64,000 bases of DNA from Thermodesulfobacteriota bacterium. GTDB lineage: Bacteria > Desulfobacterota > Binatia > UBA9968 > JAJDTQ01. The translations under genes and the position numbers were made by a program. Below, in pieces: positions 20,752-32,263 of the stretch. The notes under the pieces are model-generated. The model made no database searches. It was not told the DNA's origin and saw only the letters and a program-made list of their open reading frames with translations. The stretch lies in NCBI GenBank assembly GCA_965116735.1, contig OZ220712.1, positions 87,378-151,377 of the forward strand. Reading direction: 5' to 3'. How positions within the stretch are numbered: the stretch's first letter is position 1; each line of letters begins with the position of its first letter.

Positions 20752-21849
20752 TCACTCCCTGTCCAGCTCCCGGTGCAGCCAGCGAAGGATCGTCGGAAAC
20801 ACGTCCGGCGACTCGCCCATGTGGCCGCCGGGGAAGAGGCGCATGGCCTTGGGGCTGCCGCATTCCAGCAGCATGAAGAAGTCCTCGATGGGGACCTGGA
20901 GGTCGTCCTTGCCGTTGACGAGCAGCATGGGGGCGCAGGGCTTGTCGAGCAGGCCCTGGTCCTTGAGGGAGAGGATGGGCATGATCTCGCAGAGCTCCTC
21001 GAAGGTGCGCTTGCCGAACAGGTTGGCGCGGGCCTCGATGAGGTCGAAGAGGTAGGACGAGGCGTTGCGGGAGCGCTGCTGCCAGTCGGGCTGAAAGAAG
21101 CCGTGGATGCCGCCGCCCCAGTTGACGGCGGCGCGCAGCCGTTCCGGTTCCACGTGGGCCAGCTTGGTGGACCAGTAGCCGCCGAAGCTGGCGCCGAGGG
21201 CGGCGATGCGGCCCGGATCCACTTCCGGGCGGGTGACCAGGTAGTCCAGCGCGGTGCTGTATACTTCGTGAGCCGTGTCCGAGGCGAGCACCGGGGATTC
21301 GCCGGTACCGGGGCTGTCCATGATGAAGCAGCCCCAGCCCTCGGCGAGCATGGACTCCACGAAGTTGTGCCGATCCTCCTTCCAGTTGTCGATGCCGCCC
21401 CAGTGCATGATGACCGGCGCGGGCCGCCTGACGGGCAGACGCAGGTAGCCCACCACCTCTTTGTCGCGCAAGGGGAGGGCGATGCGTTCCAGCGGCGGGT
21501 CGAAGTAGCGCGCGGCGGACAGGTAGTTGTCGATGGTCTTGCGGTAGGCTTCCTGCTTGCCGGGAGAACCGGGGAAGGGGTGGCGGGCGGTGCCGTAGTA
21601 GCCGGCGGCCTGGAAGTAGGCCGCTTTGGCCTCGTCGGCCTTTCCTTTTCCCTCCGCGTCCTTGGCCGCCTGTTCCCAGCGCGCGCCGGGTTTGCTCCAG
21701 GCCTCCGCCCAATGGTCGGCGTCCAGACTGTTCAGCTCGGCCAGCGCGCTTTCGGCTTCGGCCGGGTCCATCATGTGGAACGGGCTGCGCCTTCCCACGC
21801 GCTTGCGGATGCGGTCCTTGATTTCGTCGAGAGTTGCGGCGTCCGCCAT
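20752..21849 (-). CDS. Alpha/beta hydrolase (FrsA / 2,6-dihydroxypseudooxynicotine hydrolase-like)
   Basis: GGIDNWKE, DSPGTGES, GASFGG nucleophile elbow, GKDD, GGH. Confidence 0.8.
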   Translation of the reverse strand: MADAATLDEIKDRIRKRVGRRSPFHMMDPAEAESALAELNSLDADHWAEAWSKPGARWEQAAKDAEGKGKADEAKAAYFQAAGYYGTARHPFPGSPGKQEAYRKTIDNYLSAARYFDPPLERIALPLRDKEVVGYLRLPVRRPAPVIMHWGGIDNWKEDRHNFVESMLAEGWGCFIMDSPGTGESPVLASDTAHEVYSTALDYLVTRPEVDPGRIAALGASFGGYWSTKLAHVEPERLRAAVNWGGGIHGFFQPDWQQRSRNASSYLFDLIEARANLFGKRTFEELCEIMPILSLKDQGLLDKPCAPMLLVNGKDDLQVPIEDFFMLLECGSPKAMRLFPGGHMGESPDVFPTILRWLHRELDRE

Positions 21850-21992
21850 GAAGGGGTCCTCCGGGTTGATGTGGCTGTCGTGAGGCCGCGGGTCGGGGCC
21901 TCGGCGCCGGGACGCCGGCCACTTCGCCCCGCGCGTTCGGTTGAGAATATCACGATTTCGTAATACAGATTAGGTCCATTGGGTGAAGCCCG

Positions 21993-22325
21993 ATGACGAA
22001 AGAGGACCATTACATCCAGGGGATGGAGGCGTACGCCGACGACCGGGTGGACGAGGCCATCGAGTCTTACAACAAGGCTCTGGCCGACGACCCGGACTAC
22101 GCCGACGCACTGCATGCCCTGGGAATGGCGTACGCGAATACGGACCGCCTGGATGAGGCCATCGAGGTGGGCAAGCGCCTGATCGAGGTGAGCCCCGACG
22201 ATGAGCTGGCCTACACGAGCCTTTCCATCTTCTACCAGCGCAAGGGGATGATCGAGGAGGCCGAAGCCGTCGGCGCCAAGGCCAGGACCCTGGGGTGGAA
22301 ACGGCAGCTCGCCGAGAACAAGTAG
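21993..22325 (+). CDS. Small TPR-repeat protein
   Basis: Helical repeats with A..LG.AY and DPD turns. Confidence 0.75.
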   Translation: MTKEDHYIQGMEAYADDRVDEAIESYNKALADDPDYADALHALGMAYANTDRLDEAIEVGKRLIEVSPDDELAYTSLSIFYQRKGMIEEAEAVGAKARTLGWKRQLAENK

Positions 22326-22411
22326 CCGGTAGCCGCCACGCAAGCGGCCTTGCCGCCGCGCGCAAACAGCAATCACAAAATCACCGGGCCGTCCGCGAAG
22401 AAGGGATACGC

Positions 22412-23340
<929 letters not shown>

Positions 23341-23344
<4 letters not shown>

Positions 23345-23366
23345 GGGCGGGTTTCAAACCCGCCCG
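23341..23366. repeat. GTAG-type REP palindrome (family B)
   Basis: GTAGGGGCGGGTTTCAAACCCGCCC; relatives at 29140-29167, 52793-52819, 52909-52932, 53995-54019, 54042-54065, 58226-58250, 62017-62041. Confidence 0.75.
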
Positions 23367-23429
23367 TGTCCGCACACGCTCAGGAGGCGACCCGAACGCA
23401 GAAACGGCCGCAGGCCAGGAAATCTCATC

Positions 23430-24650
23430 ATGGCGAGAGAGTTGACCGACGAACAGATCATCCGCGCGGTGGAGCGCTACAAGCCTCTGCGCGGCCAGGG
23501 AACGCTGGCGAACATGCTCATGTTCGGCCGGGTGCTCAAGGACCTGGGGTTCCGCCTGGGCCTGAGCCAGGTCATCGACGCCAACCGCTCCATGCCGCTC
23601 ATCGACATTCAGAGCCGGCCGGACTTCCACCGGGCGCTGGCCGCCAACCTGCTGCACGACCACGAGGACATCGAGCTCTTCGACCAGGTGTTCGATGCCT
23701 TCTGGCAGGGCGACATGGACATCGAAGAGGGCATCGAGACCATGGAGGTGCCGGCCCAGAGCCCGGACGAGGGGATGGACTCGTCGGACGACAGCAGCGG
23801 CACCACGGAAGAGACGTTGACCGAGCAGGAAGGCGCCAGCGACGAGGGCCCGGATGATCCGGACCCGCTGATGGTGCCCACCTACAGCCCCAACGAGCAG
23901 CTCAACGAGAAGGACTTCAGCGAGATGGGCATCGAGGAGAGCCGGGCCGTGACCCAGGCGATCCTGCTCATCGCCTCCAAGATCGCCACCCAGGTGAGCC
24001 GGCGCAAGAAGCGGGCGCGCCGGGGCACCGAGATCGACCCCCGCGGCACCATGCGCCGCAACATCAAGTACGGCGGCGAGCTGGTGGAGCTGGTGGCGCG
24101 CAAGCGCCGCATCAAGAAGACCCGGGTGGTGCTCTTGTGCGACGTGAGCGGCTCCATGGACTGCTACAGCCGCTTCCTGATCCAGTTCATGTACGGCCTG
24201 CAGAACGAGTTGTGGGGCGTGGAGACCTTTGTCTTCAGCACCACCCTGAGCCGCATCACGCACCTGATCCGCACCAAGAACATCGGCAACGCCCTGGAGA
24301 AGATCTCCAAGAGCGTGCTGGGCTGGTCCGGCGGCACCAACATCGGGCGCTCGCTGGAGATCTTCAACCGCGATTTCGCGGTGAGCATGGTCACCCATCG
24401 CACCGTCGTGGTCATCATCAGCGACGGCTGGGACCGTGGCGACGTGGGGGTGCTGGAGCGGCAGATGCAGGCGCTCAAGCGGCGCTGCGGCAAGATGATC
24501 TGGCTCAATCCGCTGCTGGCCAGCGAGAACTACGAGCCCTTGTGCAAGGGCATGCAGGCGGCGCTGCCGTACCTGGACCTGTTCCTGTCGGCGCACAACG
24601 CCAACAGCCTGGTCCACCTGGGCCACACCATGCGCAGGCTGGTGGCGTAG
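23430..24650 (+). CDS. CoxE-like VWA-domain protein
   Basis: LCDVSGSM MIDAS motif, WSGGTNIG, ISDGWD, WLNPL. Confidence 0.9.
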   Translation: MARELTDEQIIRAVERYKPLRGQGTLANMLMFGRVLKDLGFRLGLSQVIDANRSMPLIDIQSRPDFHRALAANLLHDHEDIELFDQVFDAFWQGDMDIEEGIETMEVPAQSPDEGMDSSDDSSGTTEETLTEQEGASDEGPDDPDPLMVPTYSPNEQLNEKDFSEMGIEESRAVTQAILLIASKIATQVSRRKKRARRGTEIDPRGTMRRNIKYGGELVELVARKRRIKKTRVVLLCDVSGSMDCYSRFLIQFMYGLQNELWGVETFVFSTTLSRITHLIRTKNIGNALEKISKSVLGWSGGTNIGRSLEIFNRDFAVSMVTHRTVVVIISDGWDRGDVGVLERQMQALKRRCGKMIWLNPLLASENYEPLCKGMQAALPYLDLFLSAHNANSLVHLGHTMRRLVA

Positions 24651-24722
24651 GAGTCTGTCCGAGTAATCAAACGCAACCCCTCTCCCTATGGGAGAGGGTG
24701 GCCGAAGGCCGGGTGAGGGCCT
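24648..24722 (+). repeat. Extended REP-like element (family A, CCCTCTCCC-N4-GGGAGAGGG..GGGTGAGGG)
   Basis: Near-identical 75-bp copy at 26318-26392; core also at 3724-3756, 30470-30511, 30571-30603, 35427-35459, 44867-44908, 44937-44969. Confidence 0.8.
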
Positions 24723-24743
24723 AGGGCGCGACTGGGAGGATCA

Positions 24744-25076
24744 ATGGAAAACATCTACGACGAGGTCAAGGAGTTCCTGGACAAGGGCGAGACCGTGGCG
24801 GTGGCCACCATCGTCTCCACCAAGGGCTCGACGCCGCGGGAGGTGGGGGCCAAGATGGTGGTGACGGCGTGGGGCGAGATCCTCGGCACCATCGGCGGCG
24901 GCTGCGGCGAGGCCGACGTCCGGCGCGAGGCCATCGAGGTGGTGCGGACCCGCAAGCCCCGCACCGTGCGCGTGGACCTGCTGGACGACATCTCCTCCGA
25001 CAGCCCGGCGGTGTGCGGCGGCATCATGAACGTCTTCATCGATCCTTGGTGGCAGGACAAGGAGACCGACGGATAG
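24744..25076 (+). CDS. XdhC/CoxI N-terminal domain protein
   Basis: GSTPREVGAKM, GTIGGGCGE, CGG motifs. Confidence 0.88.
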   Translation: MENIYDEVKEFLDKGETVAVATIVSTKGSTPREVGAKMVVTAWGEILGTIGGGCGEADVRREAIEVVRTRKPRTVRVDLLDDISSDSPAVCGGIMNVFIDPWWQDKETDG

Positions 25077-25124
25077 GGCGGAAACGCCGGCCGGCCGGCC
25101 GGGGTGCGACAAGGTCGGGGACGA

Positions 25125-25898
25125 ATGGACGCGCTGGTTGAAGAGCTGATCAAGATCAAGAGCGAAGGCGCGGGCGCGGTGCTCGTCACGGTGGTGGAGT
25201 CCGAGGGCCTCGACGGATTCGACAGCGGCTCCAAGTGCCTCATCCGGGACGGCCGCATCGTCCTGGGCGAGGTCAACGACGCGGAGCTCGAGCAGACGTT
25301 GCTCCAGGAGGCCGCGGAACGCCTTTCCGAAGAGCGCTCCCGTCTGGTGTCGGTGGAGACCGCGTCCGGCGGCCAGGCAGACGTCTTCTTCGAGGCGATG
25401 CCGTCGCCGCCCAAGCTCATCGTCGTCGGCGCCGGACACATCGCCGTGCCGCTGGTCAGGATGGCCAAGCTCATGGACTACCACGTGGTGGTCATCGACG
25501 ACCGCATCCTCTTCGCCAACCACGAACGGTTTCCCGATGCCGACGAGGTGATGGTGGGCGACATGGCCGAGACCGTGAAGGCCCTCGACATCACCCCCAC
25601 CACTTATGTGGTGCTCATCACCCGCGGCCACAAGTACGACGAGCCGTGCCTGCGCGAGCTGCTGGACCGGCCGGCCAAGTACGTCGGCATGATCGGCAGC
25701 AAGCGGCGCATCAAGGCCTGCTTCGAGCGCTTCAAGGCGGAGCAGCACATCTCCGAGGAGCTCATCTCCCGGGTGTACGCGCCCATCGGGCTCGACATCG
25801 CCACCGAGACCCCGGAGGAGATCGCGCTGGGCATCCTGGGCGAGATCATCAAGGTGCGGCGCGGCGGCAAGGCGCAGTCCCTCTCGCAAAAGCGGTGA
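25125..25898 (+). CDS. XdhC-family molybdoenzyme maturation protein (Rossmann C-terminal domain)
   Basis: VGAGHIA, TRGHKYD, YVGMIGSKRR, APIGLDI..ETPEEIA. Confidence 0.88.
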   Translation: MDALVEELIKIKSEGAGAVLVTVVESEGLDGFDSGSKCLIRDGRIVLGEVNDAELEQTLLQEAAERLSEERSRLVSVETASGGQADVFFEAMPSPPKLIVVGAGHIAVPLVRMAKLMDYHVVVIDDRILFANHERFPDADEVMVGDMAETVKALDITPTTYVVLITRGHKYDEPCLRELLDRPAKYVGMIGSKRRIKACFERFKAEQHISEELISRVYAPIGLDIATETPEEIALGILGEIIKVRRGGKAQSLSQKR

Positions 25899-26320
25899 GC
25901 GGTTCCCGCGACAACCTGGTGAAGGGGGTGGTGTTCTCGGACCTGGGCCGGGCCGGAGCGTTCCTGGGCATCGACTGGGTGCGGGAGGCCGTCCGGGAGC
26001 GGGTCGGCTTCGATCCCTATCCCGGCACCCTCAACGTGCGGGCGCGCGGGGCGGACCTGGACCGCTGGGAGCAGGTCCGGCAACACGGTGGCAAGATCGT
26101 CCTGCCGTCGCCGGATCCGGCTTTCTGCAACGCCTTCCTGTTCACGGGGTTTGTTGAAGGTTGGGAATCCGCGACCGGGTGCCGGGAGCGCGCCGCGGTG
26201 GTTGTGCCGGAGGTAAGGGAATATCCCGCCGACAAGCTGGAGATCATCGCCGCGGTCTCGTTGAAGGAGGCCCATTCGGTGCGGGACGGCGACGAACTGA
26301 CCGTCGTTTTCGACGGCTAG
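25895..26320 (+). CDS. CTP-dependent (archaeal-type, DUF120) riboflavin kinase
   Basis: GVVFSDLGRAG.F, GFDPYPGTLNV, LEIIA..L..DGDEL; GTG start overlapping the XdhC stop. Confidence 0.75.
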   Translation: MSGSRDNLVKGVVFSDLGRAGAFLGIDWVREAVRERVGFDPYPGTLNVRARGADLDRWEQVRQHGGKIVLPSPDPAFCNAFLFTGFVEGWESATGCRERAAVVVPEVREYPADKLEIIAAVSLKEAHSVRDGDELTVVFDG

Positions 26321-26425
26321 GAGCCTGTCCGAGTAATCAAACCCAACCCCTCTCCCTCTGGGAGAGGGTGGCCGAAGGCCGGGTGAGGGCCTGGCCGGAA
26401 GAAGGGTTACAGGAGGTAAGTCAGC

Positions 26426-27019
26426 ATGCGCCGTCTCATCGTAGGCATGTCGGGGGCCACCGGGTCCATCTACGGGATCCGCATTCTTCAGGTCCTGGCG
26501 CGGATGCCGGATCTGGAGACCCATCTGGTCATGAGCAAGGCCGCCAAGATGACCGTGCAGGTGGAGACGCCGCACTCGGTGAAGGAGGTGGAGGAGTTGG
26601 CCGACGTGGTCCACGACATCAACAACATCGGCGCCAGCATCGCCAGCGGCTCCTTTCGCACCGCCGGCATGGTCATCGCGCCGTGCTCCATGAAGTCCAT
26701 GGGCGGCATCGTGCTGTCGGTGGGGGGCGACCTCTTGGTGCGCGCCTCGGACGTGATCCTCAAGGAGCGCAAGAAGCTCGTGCTGGTGGCGCGTGAAACG
26801 CCCCTGCACCTGGGCCACCTGGAGAGCATGGCGCAGCTCACCCGCATGGGGGCGGTGATCTTTCCGCCCGTGCCCGCCTTCTACCACCGCCCCAAGACCC
26901 TGGACGACGTCATCAACCAGACCGTGGCCCGCATCCTGGACCAGTTCGAGATCGAGACCGACATGTTCCACCGCTGGGACGAGGAGTCCCTTAGCCGCTA
27001 TCCCGGGGACAAGGAGTAG
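26426..27019 (+). CDS. ubiX: Flavin prenyltransferase
   Basis: GMSGATG, ASIASGS, APCSMKS, LKERKKLVLVARETP, PPVPAFY. Confidence 0.95.
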   Translation: MRRLIVGMSGATGSIYGIRILQVLARMPDLETHLVMSKAAKMTVQVETPHSVKEVEELADVVHDINNIGASIASGSFRTAGMVIAPCSMKSMGGIVLSVGGDLLVRASDVILKERKKLVLVARETPLHLGHLESMAQLTRMGAVIFPPVPAFYHRPKTLDDVINQTVARILDQFEIETDMFHRWDEESLSRYPGDKE

Positions 27020-27113
27020 TCTGTCGTCCTTCGATTTCGCTCCGCTGACGCGGAGCTACGCTCTGGACGAACGGGAATGGTTCCGCAACCGTTTGTCTTG
27101 AGCCTTTCGACAC

Positions 27114-27599
27114 ATGGCCGATCTTGAAGAACAGGTCCTCGAATACCTCCGGACCCACAACACCATGACCCTCGGCACCTGCGCGGACGGGGCGCCGTGG
27201 AACGCCACGGTCTTCTACGCCAGCGACGGCTTCCATCTGTATTTCTTTTCCGCTCCCGACTCGCGCCACTGCACCAACCTCGCGGCCAACCCGCGGGTGG
27301 CGGTGACGGTCCAGGAGGACTACAAGGACTGGCGCGAGATCAAGGGGATCCAGCTCGAGGGGACCGTGGAGCTGGTCGATTCGGTGATCGCCAAGGGCAA
27401 GGCCATGGCGGTCTACGCGCGCAAGTACCCCGGCGTCATCAAGCTGTTCACGGACCCCGCGAGGGGGGTCTATCACCGGGCGTTTCTCAAGGTGAAGTTC
27501 TACCGCGTGATTCCGGAGACGTTGTATTTCATCGACAACCAGCAAGGGTTCGGCAAGAGGCAGGAGCTGGCCCTGGTCGGCCGCACGGCCGGGAACTGA
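27114..27599 (+). CDS. Pyridoxamine 5'-phosphate oxidase-like FMN split-barrel protein
   Basis: MTLGT..PWNATVFYA, SRHCTNL..NPRVAV, IKGIQLEG, DNQQGFG. Confidence 0.8.
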   Translation: MADLEEQVLEYLRTHNTMTLGTCADGAPWNATVFYASDGFHLYFFSAPDSRHCTNLAANPRVAVTVQEDYKDWREIKGIQLEGTVELVDSVIAKGKAMAVYARKYPGVIKLFTDPARGVYHRAFLKVKFYRVIPETLYFIDNQQGFGKRQELALVGRTAGN

Positions 27600-27631
27600 C
27601 CTCGTCGCGCCGGACCGGGAGGGATTCTTTC

Positions 27632-28117
27632 GTGTCACGACTAGTGGGCAAGGAAATGCCGGACGACCTGTTCACGCTGATGAGCGGCAAGGCCGTCGAG
27701 GCCGGCAAGGTCTTCATCATGGCCACGGTGGACGAGAACGGCTGGTGCCACCCGGCGATGGGATCCTACTACGAGCTGGTGGCCAAGAGCCCGGGACGCA
27801 TCCACCTGGCCGTGGGCAAGAACAGCACCACCGAGAGGAACCTCGTGCGCACCGGCGCCCTGACCCTGGTGGTCACCGACCACGGCCTCAACTACTACCT
27901 CAAGGGCGCCGCCAAGCGAACGCGCGAGCGGCTGGACGACACCCCCTTCGCGCTGTTTCAGGTGGAGCTCGAGACGGTCCTGGAAGACCAGGAACAGGGT
28001 GTCACCATCGTCAGCGGCGTCCGCTACGAGCTGAACCAGGGCGGCAACTCCGAGTTCATGCGGAACATGCTCGACAATGCCCTCAAGGCATTGTCGGCCG
28101 CGCCCTGGGAGACGTAG
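27632..28117 (+). CDS. Pyridoxamine 5'-phosphate oxidase-like split-barrel protein
   Basis: MATVDENGWCH..S..ELVA, NSTTERNL.RTG.LTL; GTG start after GGGAGG. Confidence 0.7.
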   Translation: MSRLVGKEMPDDLFTLMSGKAVEAGKVFIMATVDENGWCHPAMGSYYELVAKSPGRIHLAVGKNSTTERNLVRTGALTLVVTDHGLNYYLKGAAKRTRERLDDTPFALFQVELETVLEDQEQGVTIVSGVRYELNQGGNSEFMRNMLDNALKALSAAPWET

Positions 28118-28264
28118 GGAGGGGCTTCGGGCCTGCCCGTGCGTACGGCGGGGGTCCGCGGCTGCGCTGGCCAGGCAGCGCGGATCGTGTTAGCTGTAAC
28201 TAGTTTTTGGTCAGTGGCGTCAAGCTGCTGCCGACATTCGTGAAGCTCCAAGGAGGTTTGAAGT

Positions 28265-29125
28265 ATGGACCCGATTACGGACCCGATTGCAATTGACGTG
28301 CACGTGCACCTTTGCGACGAGCTGACCCTGAGCTCCAAGGGCGACCGCCCCAAGCAGATGGCCCAATACTTCAAGCGCGAACGCAAGCCCGTGTCCATCG
28401 ACGAGATGGCGGATGAGTACCGCGCGCGCAACATGATGGCCGTGATTCAGAACACCACCGACGAGACCATCACGGGATTGACGCCGGTCCCCAACCAGCA
28501 CGTGGCCGACGGAGTCCATCGCAACGCCGACGTCTTCCTGGGCTTCGGCGTGATCGATCCATGGCAGCAGAAGGTGGCCCTGCAGGAGATCCAACGCATC
28601 AAGGACATGGGGCTGCATGGCGTGGGCGAGATCAATCCGGCGCGGCAGCAGTTCTTCCCCAACGACACCCGCTTCTACCCCCTGTGGGAGGAATGCCAGA
28701 AGCTCGAGCTGCCGATCCTGTTCCACAGCGGCATGGCCGGCGCCGGCGCCGGCACTCCCGGCGGCATGGGCAACAAGCTCAAGTTCACCCAGCCCATCCA
28801 CCTCGACGACGTAGCCGCGGACTTCCCCGAGCTGAAGATCATCTGCGCCCATCCGTCGTGGCCCTGGACCGCCGAGAGCCTCGCCATCGCCCGTCACAAG
28901 AGCAACTTCTACATCGACCTCTCGGGCTGGTCGCCCAAGTACTTCGCCGCCGAGCTGGTGCAGCAGGTGAACTCGATCCTGCAGGACAAAGCCATGTTCG
29001 GCTCCGACTGGCCGGCCATCGGCGTGGAGCGCTGGCTGGACGACTTCGCCAAGCTCACCATCAAGCCCGAAGTCAAGCAGAAGCTCATGCTGGACAACGC
29101 CAAGAAGTTCTTCAACATGGACTAG
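28265..29125 (+). CDS. Amidohydrolase_2 family protein
   Basis: IDVHVH, LFHSG, AHPSWPW, DLSGW.PKY, FGSDWP. Confidence 0.88.
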   Translation: MDPITDPIAIDVHVHLCDELTLSSKGDRPKQMAQYFKRERKPVSIDEMADEYRARNMMAVIQNTTDETITGLTPVPNQHVADGVHRNADVFLGFGVIDPWQQKVALQEIQRIKDMGLHGVGEINPARQQFFPNDTRFYPLWEECQKLELPILFHSGMAGAGAGTPGGMGNKLKFTQPIHLDDVAADFPELKIICAHPSWPWTAESLAIARHKSNFYIDLSGWSPKYFAAELVQQVNSILQDKAMFGSDWPAIGVERWLDDFAKLTIKPEVKQKLMLDNAKKFFNMD

Positions 29126-29185
29126 GAGCGGTCGAAACCGTAGGGGCGACCGGCCGGTCGCCCCTACCCCCGCGAGGGTCTCCAC

Positions 29186-30469
<1,284 letters not shown>

Positions 30470-30625
30470 CCCTCTCCCTTTGGGAGAGGGTGGCCGAAGG
30501 CCGGGTGAGGGCGGTACGCGCACGTCGCCCTTCCGAGATCAAGGACGCGAGGGGCTGCTGGACCCGGGGACCCTCACCCCGACCCTCTCCCAGAGGGAGA
30601 GGGAGTCGGAGGGCTGTGGAGGGCC

Positions 30626-31309
30626 CTAGTTGAGCGTGCGTGGACCCGAGCTGGGCGGTGCGGCCGCGCCGCCGCCGAACTCCAGGAGGCTGATGAGGAT
30701 CTTTTGCCGGTCCTCCACGGAGCCGGCCTCCAGGAGCGCCTGCTTTTCCGACGGGTGGAAGGGCATGGCGACCCCCAGGAAGTTCACCAAGTCGGCGTCC
30801 GACACCGGCTCGAGCTGCCCCAGGTCGATGGCGAGGCCGTGGCCCTGCGCGTAGCTGTCCAGCGCGCGCGTCAGGCGCTGGCGGTCGATGGTCCCGGGTT
30901 CCGTCTCCCCGAGGTCGCCGAAGCAGTCGTAGTCCGGCAGCACGCGGCGGTAACCGCGTTCGAGAGTCAACTCCTCCTTGACCCGAAACCGGCTGATGCC
31001 GCGAAGCTGCACCATGTAGCGGCCGTCGGGAGCTTGCTCCCAACGCTCGATGTGTCCGGCGCAACCGACGGGGTAAAGCTCGGGCGCGCTGCGCTCGGCG
31101 CCGGGTTGGGGGCGGTTGTCGTTCTGGGGAACGAAGGGCTGGATCATGCCGAAAACGCCTTCCGCTTCGAGCGCGTCATGCACCATGTTACGGTAGCGGG
31201 GCTCGAAAATGTGCAGCGGAAGCCGCGTGCCGGGCAGCAGCAGCACGCCGGTAAGCGGAAACACGGAAAGAATATTCGGCAACGAGACGGGTTCGGTTTT
31301 GTCTTCCAT
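30626..31309 (-). CDS. LON peptidase substrate-binding-domain protein
   Basis: VFPL..LLPG..LPLHIFEPRY, DGRY, EKQALLE. Confidence 0.88.
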   Translation of the reverse strand: MEDKTEPVSLPNILSVFPLTGVLLLPGTRLPLHIFEPRYRNMVHDALEAEGVFGMIQPFVPQNDNRPQPGAERSAPELYPVGCAGHIERWEQAPDGRYMVQLRGISRFRVKEELTLERGYRRVLPDYDCFGDLGETEPGTIDRQRLTRALDSYAQGHGLAIDLGQLEPVSDADLVNFLGVAMPFHPSEKQALLEAGSVEDRQKILISLLEFGGGAAAPPSSGPRTLN

Positions 31310-31381
31310 GCTGACCCCCCTGCGTTGATTATAGAGCCGCTTCCGTCGCCGTCAACCAATGGTGTTGAGTGGAACGCATGC

Positions 31382-32050
31382 TCACGCGTACGCGTCGTAG
31401 ATGCCGTCGAACTTGGCCAGCTTGAAGCGGACCATGTTGCGGGCCGCGTGCTCGACCACGCGGCGGTCCCGCTCGGTGGTGCAGTACCGCTCGACGACCC
31501 GCGCCGCCAGCGCGGTATGCTCCTGGTCCGCCACCGCGTGCACCGTGAAGAATTCCCGGTCGTGGTCGTTGATCCCGTATCCCTCGGGCAGGCAGGCGTC
31601 GAACTCCGCCGCGTAGCGCCCCACCATGCTCTCGTTCACCAATGCGCTCGTGCGGCTTTCGGCGGGCGAGCCGAGGAACATGCCCCGGAGTATGGCGGCG
31701 GCGTGGGCCTGGCATTCGAAGATGGGCAGGGCCTCGTCGAAGTCCTCTTCGGTGAGGCCGATGGCGAGGCCGAACCGCTTCATGAGGTCGGGGTGCGTCT
31801 GTTCCTCGGTGAAGGCGTGGAGGAACAGGTCATAGAGCTCCTGGTTGTGGGCGTTCTTGGCCATGCACAGGGTGAAGCCCTTGTTGATGGCGACGTTCAG
31901 GAGATAGTGCTGAAGCGCGAAGCCCTGGAGCCTGCGGGTCGACAGCGTGCCGTTGCGCAGGTCGGAAAAATACCGTCCAGCCATCAGCCGCTCGACTCCG
32001 GGAGCGATGACCTCTTCGACAACCGAGTCTACAAAGCCGTGTGTTGTCAT
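31382..32050 (-). CDS. Heme-oxygenase-like fold (TenA/PqqC/CADD) iron redox protein
   Basis: EEQTH, NE and FFTVHAVADQEH metal-ligand pattern. Confidence 0.75.
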   Translation of the reverse strand: MTTHGFVDSVVEEVIAPGVERLMAGRYFSDLRNGTLSTRRLQGFALQHYLLNVAINKGFTLCMAKNAHNQELYDLFLHAFTEEQTHPDLMKRFGLAIGLTEEDFDEALPIFECQAHAAAILRGMFLGSPAESRTSALVNESMVGRYAAEFDACLPEGYGINDHDREFFTVHAVADQEHTALAARVVERYCTTERDRRVVEHAARNMVRFKLAKFDGIYDAYA

Positions 32051-32096
32051 GATGCTTCTAGCGAGCTCGGACGGGTCGGTACGGGCGTCGCCAACC

Positions 32097-32140
32097 CTAG
32101 GGTCCTGTCTCGTAAATTAATTTACGAGACAGGACCCTAG
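32097..32140. repeat. Perfect 44-bp palindrome bounded by CTAG (empty IS ends or minimal MITE)
   Basis: CTAGGGTCCTGTCTCGTAAATT|AATTTACGAGACAGGACCCTAG. Confidence 0.85.
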
Positions 32141-32263
32141 TGGAATCGCCGCGCCGCTGTCAAGGGTCGGCGGCGCGGTTGAAGCGGGACGCGAAACAGT
32201 GAATAGTAACAGGCGTGCCGTGCCTGGGCCCGCGGACGGCCCGCGACTGAAAGGAGCGCCATC

